A stretch of DNA of 64,000 nucleotides from a virus (IMGVR_UViG_3300021400_000141:1-64000); one strand, 5' to 3'; counted from the first letter of the stretch, positions 16,600 through 26,526 are shown. A program made the numbers and translations. Notes: generated by a model not told the origin, from the letters alone.

Positions 16600-16884
16600 T
16601 TAAACAATCTCCGATTTTATGTCTTTCTCGTAACACCATTTCCAGTTGCTGCAGCTTTTCAGGTAGCGAGGCACCCTGTTGTGGTGGAAATGATATCCAT
16701 CCTTGATAGTCTCTTCCGTGTTGTTAGTGTTTGGCATGAGTGTCGTATGGTCTGCTTCGAGGAACCCGCCGCTAGGGGGAGTGACATAAATCCAAACATT
16801 CCTGTCAGGAAGGGCCTCATCAAAGGTCTTCCAAGTGATATTGATTGTTTCAAACTTTATCATTTCAACCTTGTTCTGCCGCAT
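16600..16884 (-). CDS. Hypothetical protein
   Basis: ORF in run. Confidence 0.6.
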   Translation of the reverse strand: MRQNKVEMIKFETINITWKTFDEALPDRNVWIYVTPPSGGFLEADHTTLMPNTNNTEETIKDGYHFHHNRVPRYLKSCSNWKWCYEKDIKSEIV

Positions 16885-17593
16885 TTAGAGTATCGATTAG
16901 ATACTTATGGTTATCGTCCATAATCTTCTTTCGTTCATTAAGAAATGCGATTGCATCGTCGGGGTCAACAATGTAAAACATCTGGATAACAGTGCCTTCT
17001 GCTGCAACTGGGGTTTTACCTTCGTTGACTTGTTGGGCAACATGACTAGCAACAGTAGAAATGCTGTTAGACCTGTTCCACACAGAAACTCCATACGAAT
17101 CATTCTGCTGATACGCAAGTAAGTTCAGCTGTAATTTATCGCCATACGCTAATATCTCGTTGTCAAAATACCCGCCAGTGGCCACATTTTTAACACGAAC
17201 AACATGGTCAATCCAGCTATTGTCGGACACAACAAATTTGCCATTCAACATTTTTTGCAGAATTTTGCATACGTTTGCCACCTTTTCCTTGTATGTCGCA
17301 TACGCATCGCTTTCTGTTTTGCAAAACTTGTCGCACATGGTATCAACATAGTCCCTAGCCGTATCCAATTCTTTTTTATGACCAGGCAACTTTGTATCAA
17401 TATCCATAAAAGCAGACCTGATTTGGCGATACTTCCTCGCCTCGTCGGTTTCCTTCATGTTTTCCGCAGCGGTGTTTACCTCGACGAGGGCATCGATAAG
17501 TTCTTGCGTATAGCAAAACGGAGTGCATTTGAGTTTATTTAGCATAGTTATCCTCTGTATGTTGGCGGCAGTGTGCCGTTTCTTTTTGCCCAT
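16865..17593 (-). CDS. Hypothetical protein (start uncertain)
   Basis: ORF in run. Confidence 0.7.
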   Translation of the reverse strand: MGKKKRHTAANIQRITMLNKLKCTPFCYTQELIDALVEVNTAAENMKETDEARKYRQIRSAFMDIDTKLPGHKKELDTARDYVDTMCDKFCKTESDAYATYKEKVANVCKILQKMLNGKFVVSDNSWIDHVVRVKNVATGGYFDNEILAYGDKLQLNLLAYQQNDSYGVSVWNRSNSISTVASHVAQQVNEGKTPVAAEGTVIQMFYIVDPDDAIAFLNERKKIMDDNHKYLIDTLNAAEQG

Positions 17594-17946
17594 TCAATCT
17601 TTTCCTTGCAACCGTACTCGCAGTGGCAACGGCAGTCATCACATGGGCAATCAGAAAGAGCTTCAAAGCGGTACTTCTGCTTGATGTTCGGATATTTCTT
17701 GTGGTCAACCTCGCTCAGGAACATCGAGAGAGGGCGGGCACAGAAAGTAGGCTTTCCGTAAAGAGCCTTGTACACAACAAGAAGTTCCTTTGTCTCAGTA
17801 TGCTCGGCGAGACCGATAATCTGATACAGGTACATGTTCGGACTCTTTTCGAGTTCATTCTTGGTTAGGTTTTCACGCTTGAAGTGCTTGACTATAGCAC
17901 CTTCGATGAATCCACGCTTCGATGCAACACTTAAATCATCAATCAT
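17548..17946 (-). CDS. DUF1653-domain protein
   Basis: KHFK...[23 protein letters not shown]...[23 protein letters not shown]. Confidence 0.9.
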   Translation of the reverse strand: MIDDLSVASKRGFIEGAIVKHFKRENLTKNELEKSPNMYLYQIIGLAEHTETKELLVVYKALYGKPTFCARPLSMFLSEVDHKKYPNIKQKYRFEALSDCPCDDCRCHCEYGCKEKIEWAKRNGTLPPTYRG

Positions 17947-18343
17947 TTTTCGCCTCAGTATCGTTGTCCTTGGGGGTTCTCCTGGGTTTGATTAACAGGA
18001 TGAGATGGTTGGGTTCAAACGGGTCTTTGTCAATGTAAATGGAGTATTTCCTGTACTTGGAGGGAGGAGCGTTCAGGTGCAGTTCCTGCATTGTAGGCTC
18101 GCCGTTATCGTCTACGATATTGTACACAGAAGAAATCGCACCAGCCTGTCCCTTACATGCTTCACGCCTGCTTCCGAGGTCGATATGCACACCTGTATTG
18201 ATGTAGACATATCTGGCGAACTCGACATCGGTCAACTTTATCCTTCGATAACCGTACTCGCCTGTATAGTTGGAAACCATGAAATCAAGGCAATGCTTCT
18301 CATAACCAGGCATTCCAGACTTTAATGTTACGACTAGGGACAT
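17939..18343 (-). CDS. Hypothetical protein
   Basis: GAGG RBS before MSLVV. Confidence 0.65.
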   Translation of the reverse strand: MSLVVTLKSGMPGYEKHCLDFMVSNYTGEYGYRRIKLTDVEFARYVYINTGVHIDLGSRREACKGQAGAISSVYNIVDDNGEPTMQELHLNAPPSKYRKYSIYIDKDPFEPNHLILLIKPRRTPKDNDTEAKND

Positions 18344-18353
18344 ACTGCCTCGT

Positions 18354-19262
18354 TTAAATCTCGATGATGAAGTCTTCGTGTTTCGTCGGTCTGGAGCCAC
18401 GGGTTTCTTTGCCGTCTTTGATAAGCATTGTGTCGGCATAGGCCCTGTTCTCTCCAGGATATCCGTTCGGGTTGCAAAGAATTGTTATCGTATTTCCGTT
18501 CGGATTGACATAGGTGCAAATCTTCTTGTCGTGAACATGGCCGCAAACCCAGATGGCATCGTTCTCGAACATGTCGAAGAACTTCTTTCCCTCTAAATAG
18601 AAGTAGGTGTTCAGGGGGCTGAGCCTGTATTCGAAATTGATGCCGACCTCGATTGGAGCGAAGTGGGTCATCATTATTTTCGGCTGCTTCGCTACGAGTT
18701 CTGTCATCATCTTGTCGTAGTGTTTCCAAATTTCGCTCGGGTTCTGTTTGAAGTATCTCCAGTGCTTACCGTCGAACCACTCCCTTTTCCAAATGGTTTT
18801 CTTGTCGCTTCCGAACGAATGCGGTTCGACATTGAAGTCGCACATTCCCATGCAGCCTGCCATGTTGTCGATTATCCTTCCTTCGAGCAGGTGGACATTT
18901 CCCAACTTGTTGCAGAAATCCTGTATTGCGGCAATCTTTTCTTCCGATGTTTGGAACTGTAGGTTAGACCTTGACGGAGTACCGCCACGAACGAGGATGT
19001 CGTGGTTTCCTAGGCACAGGTAGACTTCCTTGTACTTGTTGGAAAGCCACTTCACCGTACGGGTGTATGTAAGGTAGTCATTGGCCACATCACCTGCAAC
19101 AATGATTGCGTCGGTTTCTGGGTATCCGAACGTGTTCCAAAGAAAGTCTAACGTGTTGGTGACGACCTTTTCTTTAACGTCGTCTCCCCGAAGTGCGGAC
19201 GGATTGTTGGCATAATGGAACCAAGTGTCGGGATGAAGGTCGGATAGGATGAACGCTTTCAT
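18354..19262 (-). CDS. Calcineurin-like metallophosphoesterase
   Basis: SDLH, AGD, GNHD, THF, GHVH motifs. Confidence 0.92.
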   Translation of the reverse strand: MKAFILSDLHPDTWFHYANNPSALRGDDVKEKVVTNTLDFLWNTFGYPETDAIIVAGDVANDYLTYTRTVKWLSNKYKEVYLCLGNHDILVRGGTPSRSNLQFQTSEEKIAAIQDFCNKLGNVHLLEGRIIDNMAGCMGMCDFNVEPHSFGSDKKTIWKREWFDGKHWRYFKQNPSEIWKHYDKMMTELVAKQPKIMMTHFAPIEVGINFEYRLSPLNTYFYLEGKKFFDMFENDAIWVCGHVHDKKICTYVNPNGNTITILCNPNGYPGENRAYADTMLIKDGKETRGSRPTKHEDFIIEI

Positions 19263-19265
19263 AGA

Positions 19266-19553
19266 TTATTTTCCTTTGAGACGGTCCTTCCAGTGGTCTC
19301 GAGGATTGATTGCCAACTCGTTGTCGGCAACCACGGACAATTCCTGCTTGCATGTAGGGCATTCCGTCTTGACAACATATTTACGACGGTTCCAAAGGCT
19401 GGAATCTCCCTTTATGGATTCATAAAAGCTGATGTGACGCATGTCCTGAATGAATGCACAGTGGCAATTCCCGCAACAGAAAGTGATTCCACCACGCTTA
19501 CCGAACACGTCTTCGATTTCTTCTGTGGATTTGAGTTCTGTGTAGTTTTCCAT
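19266..19553 (-). CDS. Zinc-ribbon protein
   Basis: CGNC...CPTC. Confidence 0.7.
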   Translation of the reverse strand: MENYTELKSTEEIEDVFGKRGGITFCCGNCHCAFIQDMRHISFYESIKGDSSLWNRRKYVVKTECPTCKQELSVVADNELAINPRDHWKDRLKGK

Positions 19554-19753
19554 AGACTAAAATATAGTCTATTTAATGCTATTTGTCAAGCGAAGTTTCT
19601 TCATTTTCGCACAATAAAGGTCGCTTGTCAGCCTTGCACCTCCATTTCCACGGTGTCCAACTCGGCATGAATACGCCGATTTCGATATACCGTTCGCAAT
19701 TCTTGCAATTCCTGCAGATTTTAGGGATTTCAGCGTCGGTCATAACAGCTCCA

Positions 19754-19939
19754 TTACAGCGGGTCGTTTTTGAATATGATTTTATCCTCTGTGTTCAGAA
19801 CATTTTTCAGAGTGTCGGCAAGGTTGGTAGCGGCAAGCGCTTCGATAGAGGGAGCTTCCTTCTCCTCTTTCATGTGCTTTTCAAACCCAGCCTTGTCGTG
19901 ACCGAAATCGGCCTTGCAGAACGGACAGCGGAAACCCAT
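19754..19939 (-). CDS. Small zinc-finger-like protein
   Basis: CPFC...H; GAGGAG RBS. Confidence 0.65.
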   Translation of the reverse strand: MGFRCPFCKADFGHDKAGFEKHMKEEKEAPSIEALAATNLADTLKNVLNTEDKIIFKNDPL

Positions 19940-19957
19940 AATTTAATACTCCTCGCA

Positions 19958-20377
19958 TTAATACTCGCCATGATACGAGACGACAAATTCCATATGGTCG
20001 TACGCCTTATCGATTGAATTCATTTTCGTCGCTTCCTTCACGATAATCTTCTTGCAGAGCTTTTCTTCCAGATAGTTGATTTCCCTCCCAGAAGGACCAA
20101 TAAAAATCCCAGGGTGTTTCGCCCATACGGTAAGCTTGTTCCAACCCCGTCTGACCTTTACGATGTCGCTGTCCTTCATGTATTTCAGAGCCTTTTCGGG
20201 AGAGCTGAAATGGTTAATCATATTATAAAACATGCTGATAAGAATCATCTTTGTAGGGAACATGGTGTTGTATACCCAGCGACCGAATATGATTAATTCG
20301 ACCTTGATGTCGTCCCACAAGCTGATATCAATGTCAAGCCGTTCACTTCTTTCTTTTCTCGACTCTATTCCAAACAT
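19958..20377 (-). CDS. Type II KH-domain (ribosomal S3-like) RNA-binding protein
   Basis: VWAKHPGIFIGPSGREI..L GxxG loop. Confidence 0.65.
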   Translation of the reverse strand: MFGIESRKERSERLDIDISLWDDIKVELIIFGRWVYNTMFPTKMILISMFYNMINHFSSPEKALKYMKDSDIVKVRRGWNKLTVWAKHPGIFIGPSGREINYLEEKLCKKIIVKEATKMNSIDKAYDHMEFVVSYHGEY

Positions 20378-20381
20378 AGGG

Positions 20382-20600
20382 TTACTCCTCGATTAGTTCA
20401 AGTTCAAGCTTCATAGCCTTTTGGAAAGATTCAAACCCTTCCTTCCATTTAGTTGGAAGGTTAGGTGAAAAATGACAAGCATTGCGTTTATCATTAGTCC
20501 AAAGAACAGATACCTTTCCGTTAATCAGCCTTGCCTCATAAATGTACTGGCCAGTGTGCTTATTGCGAATAATCATAGTTACTACCAAATTGATTGACAA
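20382..20600 (-). CDS. Hypothetical protein (start uncertain)
   Basis: ORF in run. Confidence 0.5.
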   Translation of the reverse strand: MSINLVVTMIIRNKHTGQYIYEARLINGKVSVLWTNDKRNACHFSPNLPTKWKEGFESFQKAMKLELELIEE

Positions 20601-20893
20601 TAAACATGGTATGGTTTCAAGGTCATCGAACCTTCATGATTTGACTGGAACGTTGATTTCCCTTCTTTGGTAAGATACATGTTCTTGCAGTGCCATCGGA
20701 CAACCTTTGCTGTCCACCCAGTATTGTAGTAGCATGCACCATCCTTCGTCATTTTGTCGGATACTTTTCGATGGAAGTGTATCAAGGTATCCTTCGTTGC
20801 AGGATTCCATACGACAAGCTCCCTGCAGTCATCAGAGTGGGCGTATGCTCCACAAACGGCAATAACTAGAAGAAATGCTATAATCAGACGCAT
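20582..20893 (-). CDS. Secreted hypothetical protein
   Basis: Signal peptide MRLIIAFLLVIAVCGAYA. Confidence 0.7.
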   Translation of the reverse strand: MRLIIAFLLVIAVCGAYAHSDDCRELVVWNPATKDTLIHFHRKVSDKMTKDGACYYNTGWTAKVVRWHCKNMYLTKEGKSTFQSNHEGSMTLKPYHVYCQSIW

Positions 20894-20896
20894 GGT

Positions 20897-21337
20897 TTAC
20901 CTCTGTGCAATTTGTTTCAACTTCTCGATAATGTACTTGTGTTCTTCGGTAAGTTGTGAACCATCGAGAAAATCCTGCCTTACCTTTACTTCACCGACAA
21001 ACAGAAGATAGAGTTCATAGGCGAAACGGAAACGGTTTCTCTGGGTAATTGAACCAGGGCTAACAATACCCTTCTTGTCCTTTTTCATGGCATTCTTCAT
21101 AATGCGCTTCAACTCACGAGCAAGCTGTTTCTTGTTGCTGCTTTGAAGCACGTGTGCTGCCGATACGTACTGCTGAGAAGCAATGAGTTTGCCTACATCG
21201 CCGAGAATTTTGTTTCTAGGTCTTGACACTATCTTGCTGAGGACAGCAAAGATTGCTGCGAGGATGACGAGTACGCAGAAGATGATGAACATGGTATCGT
21301 CATACGGGCCTTGGGCCACTACAACATATTGAGTCAT
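20897..21337 (-). CDS. Membrane-anchored protein
   Basis: N-terminal transmembrane helix. Confidence 0.7.
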   Translation of the reverse strand: MTQYVVVAQGPYDDTMFIIFCVLVILAAIFAVLSKIVSRPRNKILGDVGKLIASQQYVSAAHVLQSSNKKQLARELKRIMKNAMKKDKKGIVSPGSITQRNRFRFAYELYLLFVGEVKVRQDFLDGSQLTEEHKYIIEKLKQIAQR

Positions 21338-21339
21338 TT

Positions 21340-21546
21340 TTATCCTACCTTTACTGGAATGATGTTTTCTTCACCGCAGTGTGAGCACCAAAGGTGTCCA
21401 CCCTCGCTGTCATATGTGTTCGATGTAAAGCGGCCCTTGTTGTACTTTCCGCACTTTCCGCAAATGTATTCAAACTTCGGGGAAATGCCGATTAGCATGG
21501 CAGGGCTCCAATTCCATGCGCTAAACTTCTTGCATTTTACGCTCAT
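21340..21546 (-). CDS. Zinc-ribbon protein
   Basis: CGKC...CSHC. Confidence 0.7.
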   Translation of the reverse strand: MSVKCKKFSAWNWSPAMLIGISPKFEYICGKCGKYNKGRFTSNTYDSEGGHLWCSHCGEENIIPVKVG

Positions 21547-21836
21547 GCCATCGACTCCTGTTTAGTGGTTTCGTTTTTCAACCAAAGCCAGAACTGGTTG
21601 GATGTCCAACCTTCGATGCATCCTGGCTTTATTTCGGTGACAATGAAGCCTTCGAAAGTACCTGGTTCATACAGGTCGTGGAAAATATCTTCAGCAGATT
21701 TTTCGCTCTTGACAAACCAGACTGTATCGATTGGATGATGACAGTCGTATTCCTTCTTTATTTTGCGGATAAAGCGAAGCCACTTCTCGATGTCGGTCTC
21801 TGCCTTGATACCGTATGATACTGAAAATATACGCAT
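21543..21836 (-). CDS. Cas2/VapD-like ferredoxin-fold small protein
   Basis: FSVSY...IKK....HPIDTVWFVKSEKSAEDIF..L; paralog of the N-terminus of 9549-10229. Confidence 0.6.
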   Translation of the reverse strand: MRIFSVSYGIKAETDIEKWLRFIRKIKKEYDCHHPIDTVWFVKSEKSAEDIFHDLYEPGTFEGFIVTEIKPGCIEGWTSNQFWLWLKNETTKQESMA

Positions 21837-21871
21837 AACAAAAATATAGCAATTTAAGTGTTAATTGTCAA

Positions 21872-22021
21872 TTACGGGCACCACCACGGGGTTTCGCAAC
21901 CTTCCTTGTCCTCGGGAGGAGTCCAGTACGGGTTATCCTCGCCAGAGCCTGCGAGCAATACGCAGTCGTTCTCATAGGATATGATGCGCATTTCGGGTTT
22001 CTTGTATTCTTTCTTGCTCAT
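21872..22021 (-). CDS. 49-aa RiPP-precursor-like peptide
   Basis: MSKKEYKKPEMRIISYENDCVLLAGSGEDNPYWTPPEDKEGCETPWWCP; AGGAG RBS; ATGA overlap. Confidence 0.75.
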   Translation of the reverse strand: MSKKEYKKPEMRIISYENDCVLLAGSGEDNPYWTPPEDKEGCETPWWCP

Positions 22022-22266
22022 GTGTTAACTCCTGCCGTTTCATATCCAGGTTGGCTGAAACAGGCTTCTGTGTCTTGTTCATAGATATGGCCGAAAGCGT
22101 TTTCATATCCCTTTGGGAAAATCATCCTTATGATATGAACGTCCTTGATGCGGCCACTTGGATAATATTCGTTTATAGCCCAACACTCTACACCCTTGCG
22201 TGTCATCCAGTGAGTAGCAATGTCGTGCTCGTCAACTTCCAGTTCTTCGTAGGTATGCTTTGCCAT
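22018..22266 (-). CDS. Hypothetical protein
   Basis: AGGAG RBS. Confidence 0.7.
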   Translation of the reverse strand: MAKHTYEELEVDEHDIATHWMTRKGVECWAINEYYPSGRIKDVHIIRMIFPKGYENAFGHIYEQDTEACFSQPGYETAGVNT

Positions 22267-22321
22267 AAAGTTGCTCCTATCCTGTCACAAAAAGTATATA
22301 TTTTTGTGACAAAATTTTGGC

Positions 22322-22573
22322 TTATTTGATGCCCCTTCGCATCTTGTCGTCCTCTATTTTTTTCCGTTTGTCGTATTCATTCTTGGCAAGCTGGAATGCA
22401 CATACGATGATAGCAATTAGGCACAGGACGCACCACATGGAATTGGAAGAAAGGTTAACACCAATGAGGCGAACTGCATATGCGATTGAAAGCAGAACGC
22501 CAGCGACAACGATGCTCAATCCAGTGATTAAGCCAATCAGGATGAGCAGGTATTTGAAGAACAGTTTAATCAT
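22322..22573 (-). CDS. Membrane protein
   Basis: Two transmembrane helices. Confidence 0.7.
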   Translation of the reverse strand: MIKLFFKYLLILIGLITGLSIVVAGVLLSIAYAVRLIGVNLSSNSMWCVLCLIAIIVCAFQLAKNEYDKRKKIEDDKMRRGIK

Positions 22574-22980
22574 CCGATTACCTCGAATACCATCTTCTTG
22601 AAGGTTTCCCAGTTTGCATCAAGCTGGTCGTAGATGTCGATTTTACGTTCGGTCTTCGTATCGGGCCAACCCGTCACGATTACCTCGTATTCGCACTTAG
22701 CCCAGAAATAATACTGGCACTTGCGGCGAAGCTCCAGTTCAATCAGGTCTTCTGGAGTAAGCTTCATGCAGTTCTTAGTTTCGTCCCAGACCATCTTGCT
22801 GACAAGTTTAAAGTACTTGGCATCATCCTTGCCGTATGCGCCATCAAGTTTCTTTTTGAGCTTTTTAAGCTCTTTCAACAGCCCTTCGACTTGGGCGAAC
22901 TCGAAGATGTTTTCAAACTTGATTCCACGACCGAACTGGTTGTAAATGACATTCAAAACAGGTTTCTTAGACTTTTTCAT
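22570..22980 (-). CDS. Hypothetical phage protein
   Basis: YYFWAKCEYE...KIDIYDQL..NW; GGAGG RBS. Confidence 0.75.
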   Translation of the reverse strand: MKKSKKPVLNVIYNQFGRGIKFENIFEFAQVEGLLKELKKLKKKLDGAYGKDDAKYFKLVSKMVWDETKNCMKLTPEDLIELELRRKCQYYFWAKCEYEVIVTGWPDTKTERKIDIYDQLDANWETFKKMVFEVIG

Positions 22981-23437
22981 TCTTAGCCTCCTTTTGCTTC
23001 TTGACGCTGTCGCAGAACATCTGGTAGCGCTTTTTCACACACTTTTCGACATGGTTCCAAATCAGAACCCATGAACCAGCAGAAAGCAGTTCCTGGTTAT
23101 TAGACATGGAGTTAAACGGACGTTCTCCATCCTTTGTATAAAGCGGCGTGCATTCTGGATGGCGACTGTTGCGCTCTTCACGCAGAAGGGCGGAAAACAG
23201 AAGGACCATCGAGTGGGCATATCGGACACGGAGACCCCACTGGGACAGCAAACGTTTTTGCATCAGCTCACAGTTATGGGCATGCACGCTGAGAAGGACT
23301 TTCCGTTCCTTATCCAGCATTTCATTTTTCGATTCCAGGATAGCCACATTCTCTTTGAGCTTGGTCGCCTGCTCCATGAGTTCACCCGATAGTTGCAGGT
23401 TTCTCTGGATAGATTCGGATAATTCTTCGTCCATCAT
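22967..23437 (-). CDS. Coiled-coil hypothetical protein
   Basis: AGGAG RBS. Confidence 0.7.
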   Translation of the reverse strand: MMDEELSESIQRNLQLSGELMEQATKLKENVAILESKNEMLDKERKVLLSVHAHNCELMQKRLLSQWGLRVRYAHSMVLLFSALLREERNSRHPECTPLYTKDGERPFNSMSNNQELLSAGSWVLIWNHVEKCVKKRYQMFCDSVKKQKEAKNEKV

Positions 23438-23446
23438 TTTAATCTC

Positions 23447-23773
23447 CTATGCGGCAAGAACTGCTGCGACAACAATGAGTTGAACCATAAGGACAGCATC
23501 GAGTAGACACCAGATGGAATTCTTGATGATGAGGTCCATAATAACCCCAAGACCCTTGAGGATTGCACATATAACCAGAATGGTAATCGAGTGCGAAGTA
23601 TGGAAGTTTACTGCGGCGATTATGTAGTACACCGTCAGAACAGCAGCAAACCCGACTGCGGGAAGTGAAAATCTCTGTCGGTAGGAAACCATCGGGTTGA
23701 TGACATTGACCGCTAGGGGGATTCCCATGGCAACCGCACACAGCACCACAAGGATGAACGCATAAGTAAACAT
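23447..23773 (-). CDS. Four-transmembrane protein
   Basis: Almost entirely hydrophobic. Confidence 0.75.
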   Translation of the reverse strand: MFTYAFILVVLCAVAMGIPLAVNVINPMVSYRQRFSLPAVGFAAVLTVYYIIAAVNFHTSHSITILVICAILKGLGVIMDLIIKNSIWCLLDAVLMVQLIVVAAVLAA

Positions 23774-23990
23774 GGTTACTTGCCCTCCACTGTATAGAGT
23801 TCAAACGCGGAAGAACCGAGCAGAGGATAGTGGGAGTTAATCCAGATTTTCTGGTATGCCTGCTCACGGATGTCCTTTTCGGACTGCAACGGGTATTGGA
23901 GTAAGTTTGCCATATTTTTGTTTCCTTATGTTTGACTTACCAAAATATACATAAATAATTTCTGGCTGTCAAGAGGAAAATGCAAAAAAA

Positions 23991-24221
23991 TTATCCAAAA
24001 GTTAGCGAACAGCCAGTTTCCATCCCGTCAATCTTGTCGATAGGGGTGGCTGTGAACTCGCTGAGGCGGAACTTGTCGTACCCTAGTTTCCACATAGGGT
24101 CGTAATTCGTCCTTTTGGCAACCCTCTTGGCTTCATCGGCTGTTGCCGCCCTGACGATGCAGAAGCGGTTGACATCTGACGTGGTGTGCTCTACGAGGTA
24201 TAACTTGGGTTTAGTCATCAT
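23991..24221 (-). CDS. Hypothetical protein
   Basis: GGAGG RBS. Confidence 0.7.
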   Translation of the reverse strand: MMTKPKLYLVEHTTSDVNRFCIVRAATADEAKRVAKRTNYDPMWKLGYDKFRLSEFTATPIDKIDGMETGCSLTFG

Positions 24222-24345
24222 CTATCCTCCAATGTCGTATCAGCTACGGCTTTATGAGGGTGATAAAGTTCAATTTCTGGTCTGGACGTATTCTCGCTTA
24301 CCGAACACGCCACAAACAGAAATGCCAAGAATGCTACAACAAGTT

Positions 24346-24576
24346 TCATACAGCTTCCCTAGCCTTGATTTCGTCAACCTTGTTCATCTCACGCAAAACA
24401 AATTCAACTGCACCGCCAGGGCCACCCTTGTCCAACAGAGAGTTAAGCTGTGTCGTGTAGTATGACGCGGCAGACTTGAGAACGACAGCCCTTGGATAGA
24501 TTCTATTGTTCCTGGTGACACAGTCGGCCTGGGAAAGCATGTAATCTATGGTTGGTATAAATTCAATCATTTCCAC
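24346..24576 (-). CDS. Small protein carrying a T4 gp21 (prohead protease)-like segment without the catalytic motif
   Basis: QADCVTRNNRIYPRAVVLKSAASY..Q; no GELxHP. Confidence 0.6.
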   Translation of the reverse strand: MEMIEFIPTIDYMLSQADCVTRNNRIYPRAVVLKSAASYYTTQLNSLLDKGGPGGAVEFVLREMNKVDEIKAREAV

Positions 24577-25274
24577 TCCAATTTTCGATACAGTTCCATG
24601 TAAGCGGCGAAATCATCGGAAGGAATTGTTGGTAACACCTCATAATGGAACGGGGATGCATTTACATGGTTCAAAACGGGTTCGTACGTAGGGTCAGCCT
24701 TGTCTTTCTCACGGGGCCCTGCATAGTAAATGTACAGTTTCAGCGGGCAGTATCCTAGGGGTGTCTTGGCAAGGCCGTATTTCTCGGTGAACACGCACTG
24801 TATGGTCTTGTCCTCGCTCTCGATGTAGCTGTTTTCCTGGCTGTACTTGTATCCGCGCAGCATCTTATCGAGAGCAATACTAAATTTCAGACGGAAGTCA
24901 TGCGGTGCATGCCACGATTCGTGCCACTCCTCCACGCATTCGGTGCCGAATTCAGAATCAGCAGAAATGTAGCAGGCATGTCCGTACGGAACTTCCACCA
25001 GGCGAAGAAGGCATCCGACATTGACTTCGTCAAGCTCGTCATAGTTCCCTTCCAGTGTCTCAACAAACGGGATTAACAAATTACGGAAACTCTCGCTGCA
25101 ATACGATATGCTGGGCAGACGTTCTCCGCCATCATTCTCGAATTCATAGGTAGCCTTTTCGAGAAGCTCGGCCTTCCGTTCGGGAATTCTCTCGGCAAGG
25201 TACAAAACGGTCTCCCAATTGAGTTGGAACCCGCCAATAGAAGTCGCTACCAGAAATTTTTGCACAGGTGTCAT
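24567..25274 (-). CDS. Hypothetical protein
   Basis: AAGGAG RBS before MTPVQK. Confidence 0.7.
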   Translation of the reverse strand: MTPVQKFLVATSIGGFQLNWETVLYLAERIPERKAELLEKATYEFENDGGERLPSISYCSESFRNLLIPFVETLEGNYDELDEVNVGCLLRLVEVPYGHACYISADSEFGTECVEEWHESWHAPHDFRLKFSIALDKMLRGYKYSQENSYIESEDKTIQCVFTEKYGLAKTPLGYCPLKLYIYYAGPREKDKADPTYEPVLNHVNASPFHYEVLPTIPSDDFAAYMELYRKLEWK

Positions 25275-25984
25275 TTTGTCTCCTTCATCTTGCGGAAGCT
25301 CCACTTGTCGAAACCCTTCGAGTCGCGAATCTGGTCGTCGGTCCCTACGGGCATTGTCGGCGTGGTGTTGTTTGTGAGGACGTTCCCGATGAACATTTCC
25401 AGTTCCTGCATTGCTGTGAACGGGTCGAGCTGGGTTACGAACCTGATGTCTTCCTCGATGTTCTGCAACTTGTAGTCAAGCCCGCAGCGAACAAGTTCGG
25501 CAATAGGAATAGCAGTGAGCTGAGGGTTTACAATCACAGTGTAGGCATAGTTCTTGCTATGCGGACGGTACTTGCTTCCATCATATCCGACAGCAAGGAT
25601 GGGCGAATTGAACTGAACGAAGATGTCGTGTTTCCAGAACGGGTCGGAACCCATGTCAACGATAGGGTCTCCCTTCGTGAACCACTGGAGCAAACTCTGG
25701 ATTTCATCCTGCTTCACGTAGACATACTTTGCATCGTAAGGGTCCTTAGACAGTTGCTTCCTGTAGCAATGGAACCACTTGCCGCAAAATCCGATGTGGA
25801 ACAAGTGTTCGGTTGAGTTGAACACTTCGAACCCCTCGTTACTTCCAGAACAGATACGGCTTGGCAGTTCCTGATTTCGGGTAACGCTTTCAGTACGAGT
25901 GTGACGCTCGTACACGATGGAGGGGTCGTTGAACACGCTCAACGCCCCATCATAGTAGTCTTTGAATTTCGAGAATATACGCAT
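25271..25984 (-). CDS. Hypothetical phage protein
   Basis: MRIFSKFKDYYDG...IGFCGK...KGFDKWSFRK; follows a promoter. Confidence 0.8.
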   Translation of the reverse strand: MRIFSKFKDYYDGALSVFNDPSIVYERHTRTESVTRNQELPSRICSGSNEGFEVFNSTEHLFHIGFCGKWFHCYRKQLSKDPYDAKYVYVKQDEIQSLLQWFTKGDPIVDMGSDPFWKHDIFVQFNSPILAVGYDGSKYRPHSKNYAYTVIVNPQLTAIPIAELVRCGLDYKLQNIEEDIRFVTQLDPFTAMQELEMFIGNVLTNNTTPTMPVGTDDQIRDSKGFDKWSFRKMKETK

Positions 25985-26007
25985 AGTTACAATATAGTTA
26001 ATAAAAA

Positions 26008-26526
26008 CTATTTGTCAAGTGGCGGAGTGAAATATTTTTGCTGAGTGAATCCGTCATCGAGAAGCTTCGAGATGCAGAGCAAGTGAGGAAGCTTTCCACC
26101 TTCTTCATACACCCTGTCGTCGAGCATTTCATCAATCATCTTCTTGAAGTCTGGTGCCTCTTCGCCGCTCCACATGCACATGTGACGCCACTTGCAGATA
26201 TACCTGTTCTCTTCATCACGTGTGTTCAGTGTAGTCGCATCAAGGCGGCAGGTAGCGTGCTTGTCGCTGGTTGCGTTGATGACGATTGATATGGCAAGAA
26301 GATGCACCTTGTCGTTGAGCTTTGGTGCGTCACGGTACACGATATTGTATTTTAGCACATCTTGGTACTGCACTGGGTTCTTGTCATCGAGCTTGGTGAC
26401 ATGTTCTTCCGCAAAGACTGGTTCAACATGTGGAACGCCATATTCGGCGAACGCACCTTCAATGAGTTCAACCGTACGGTTGAGGATTTCTTCTACATCC
26501 TGGTTAGACATGATGTTTCTTACCAT
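26008..26526 (-). CDS. Hypothetical protein
   Basis: AAGGAG RBS. Confidence 0.7.
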   Translation of the reverse strand: MVRNIMSNQDVEEILNRTVELIEGAFAEYGVPHVEPVFAEEHVTKLDDKNPVQYQDVLKYNIVYRDAPKLNDKVHLLAISIVINATSDKHATCRLDATTLNTRDEENRYICKWRHMCMWSGEEAPDFKKMIDEMLDDRVYEEGGKLPHLLCISKLLDDGFTQQKYFTPPLDK

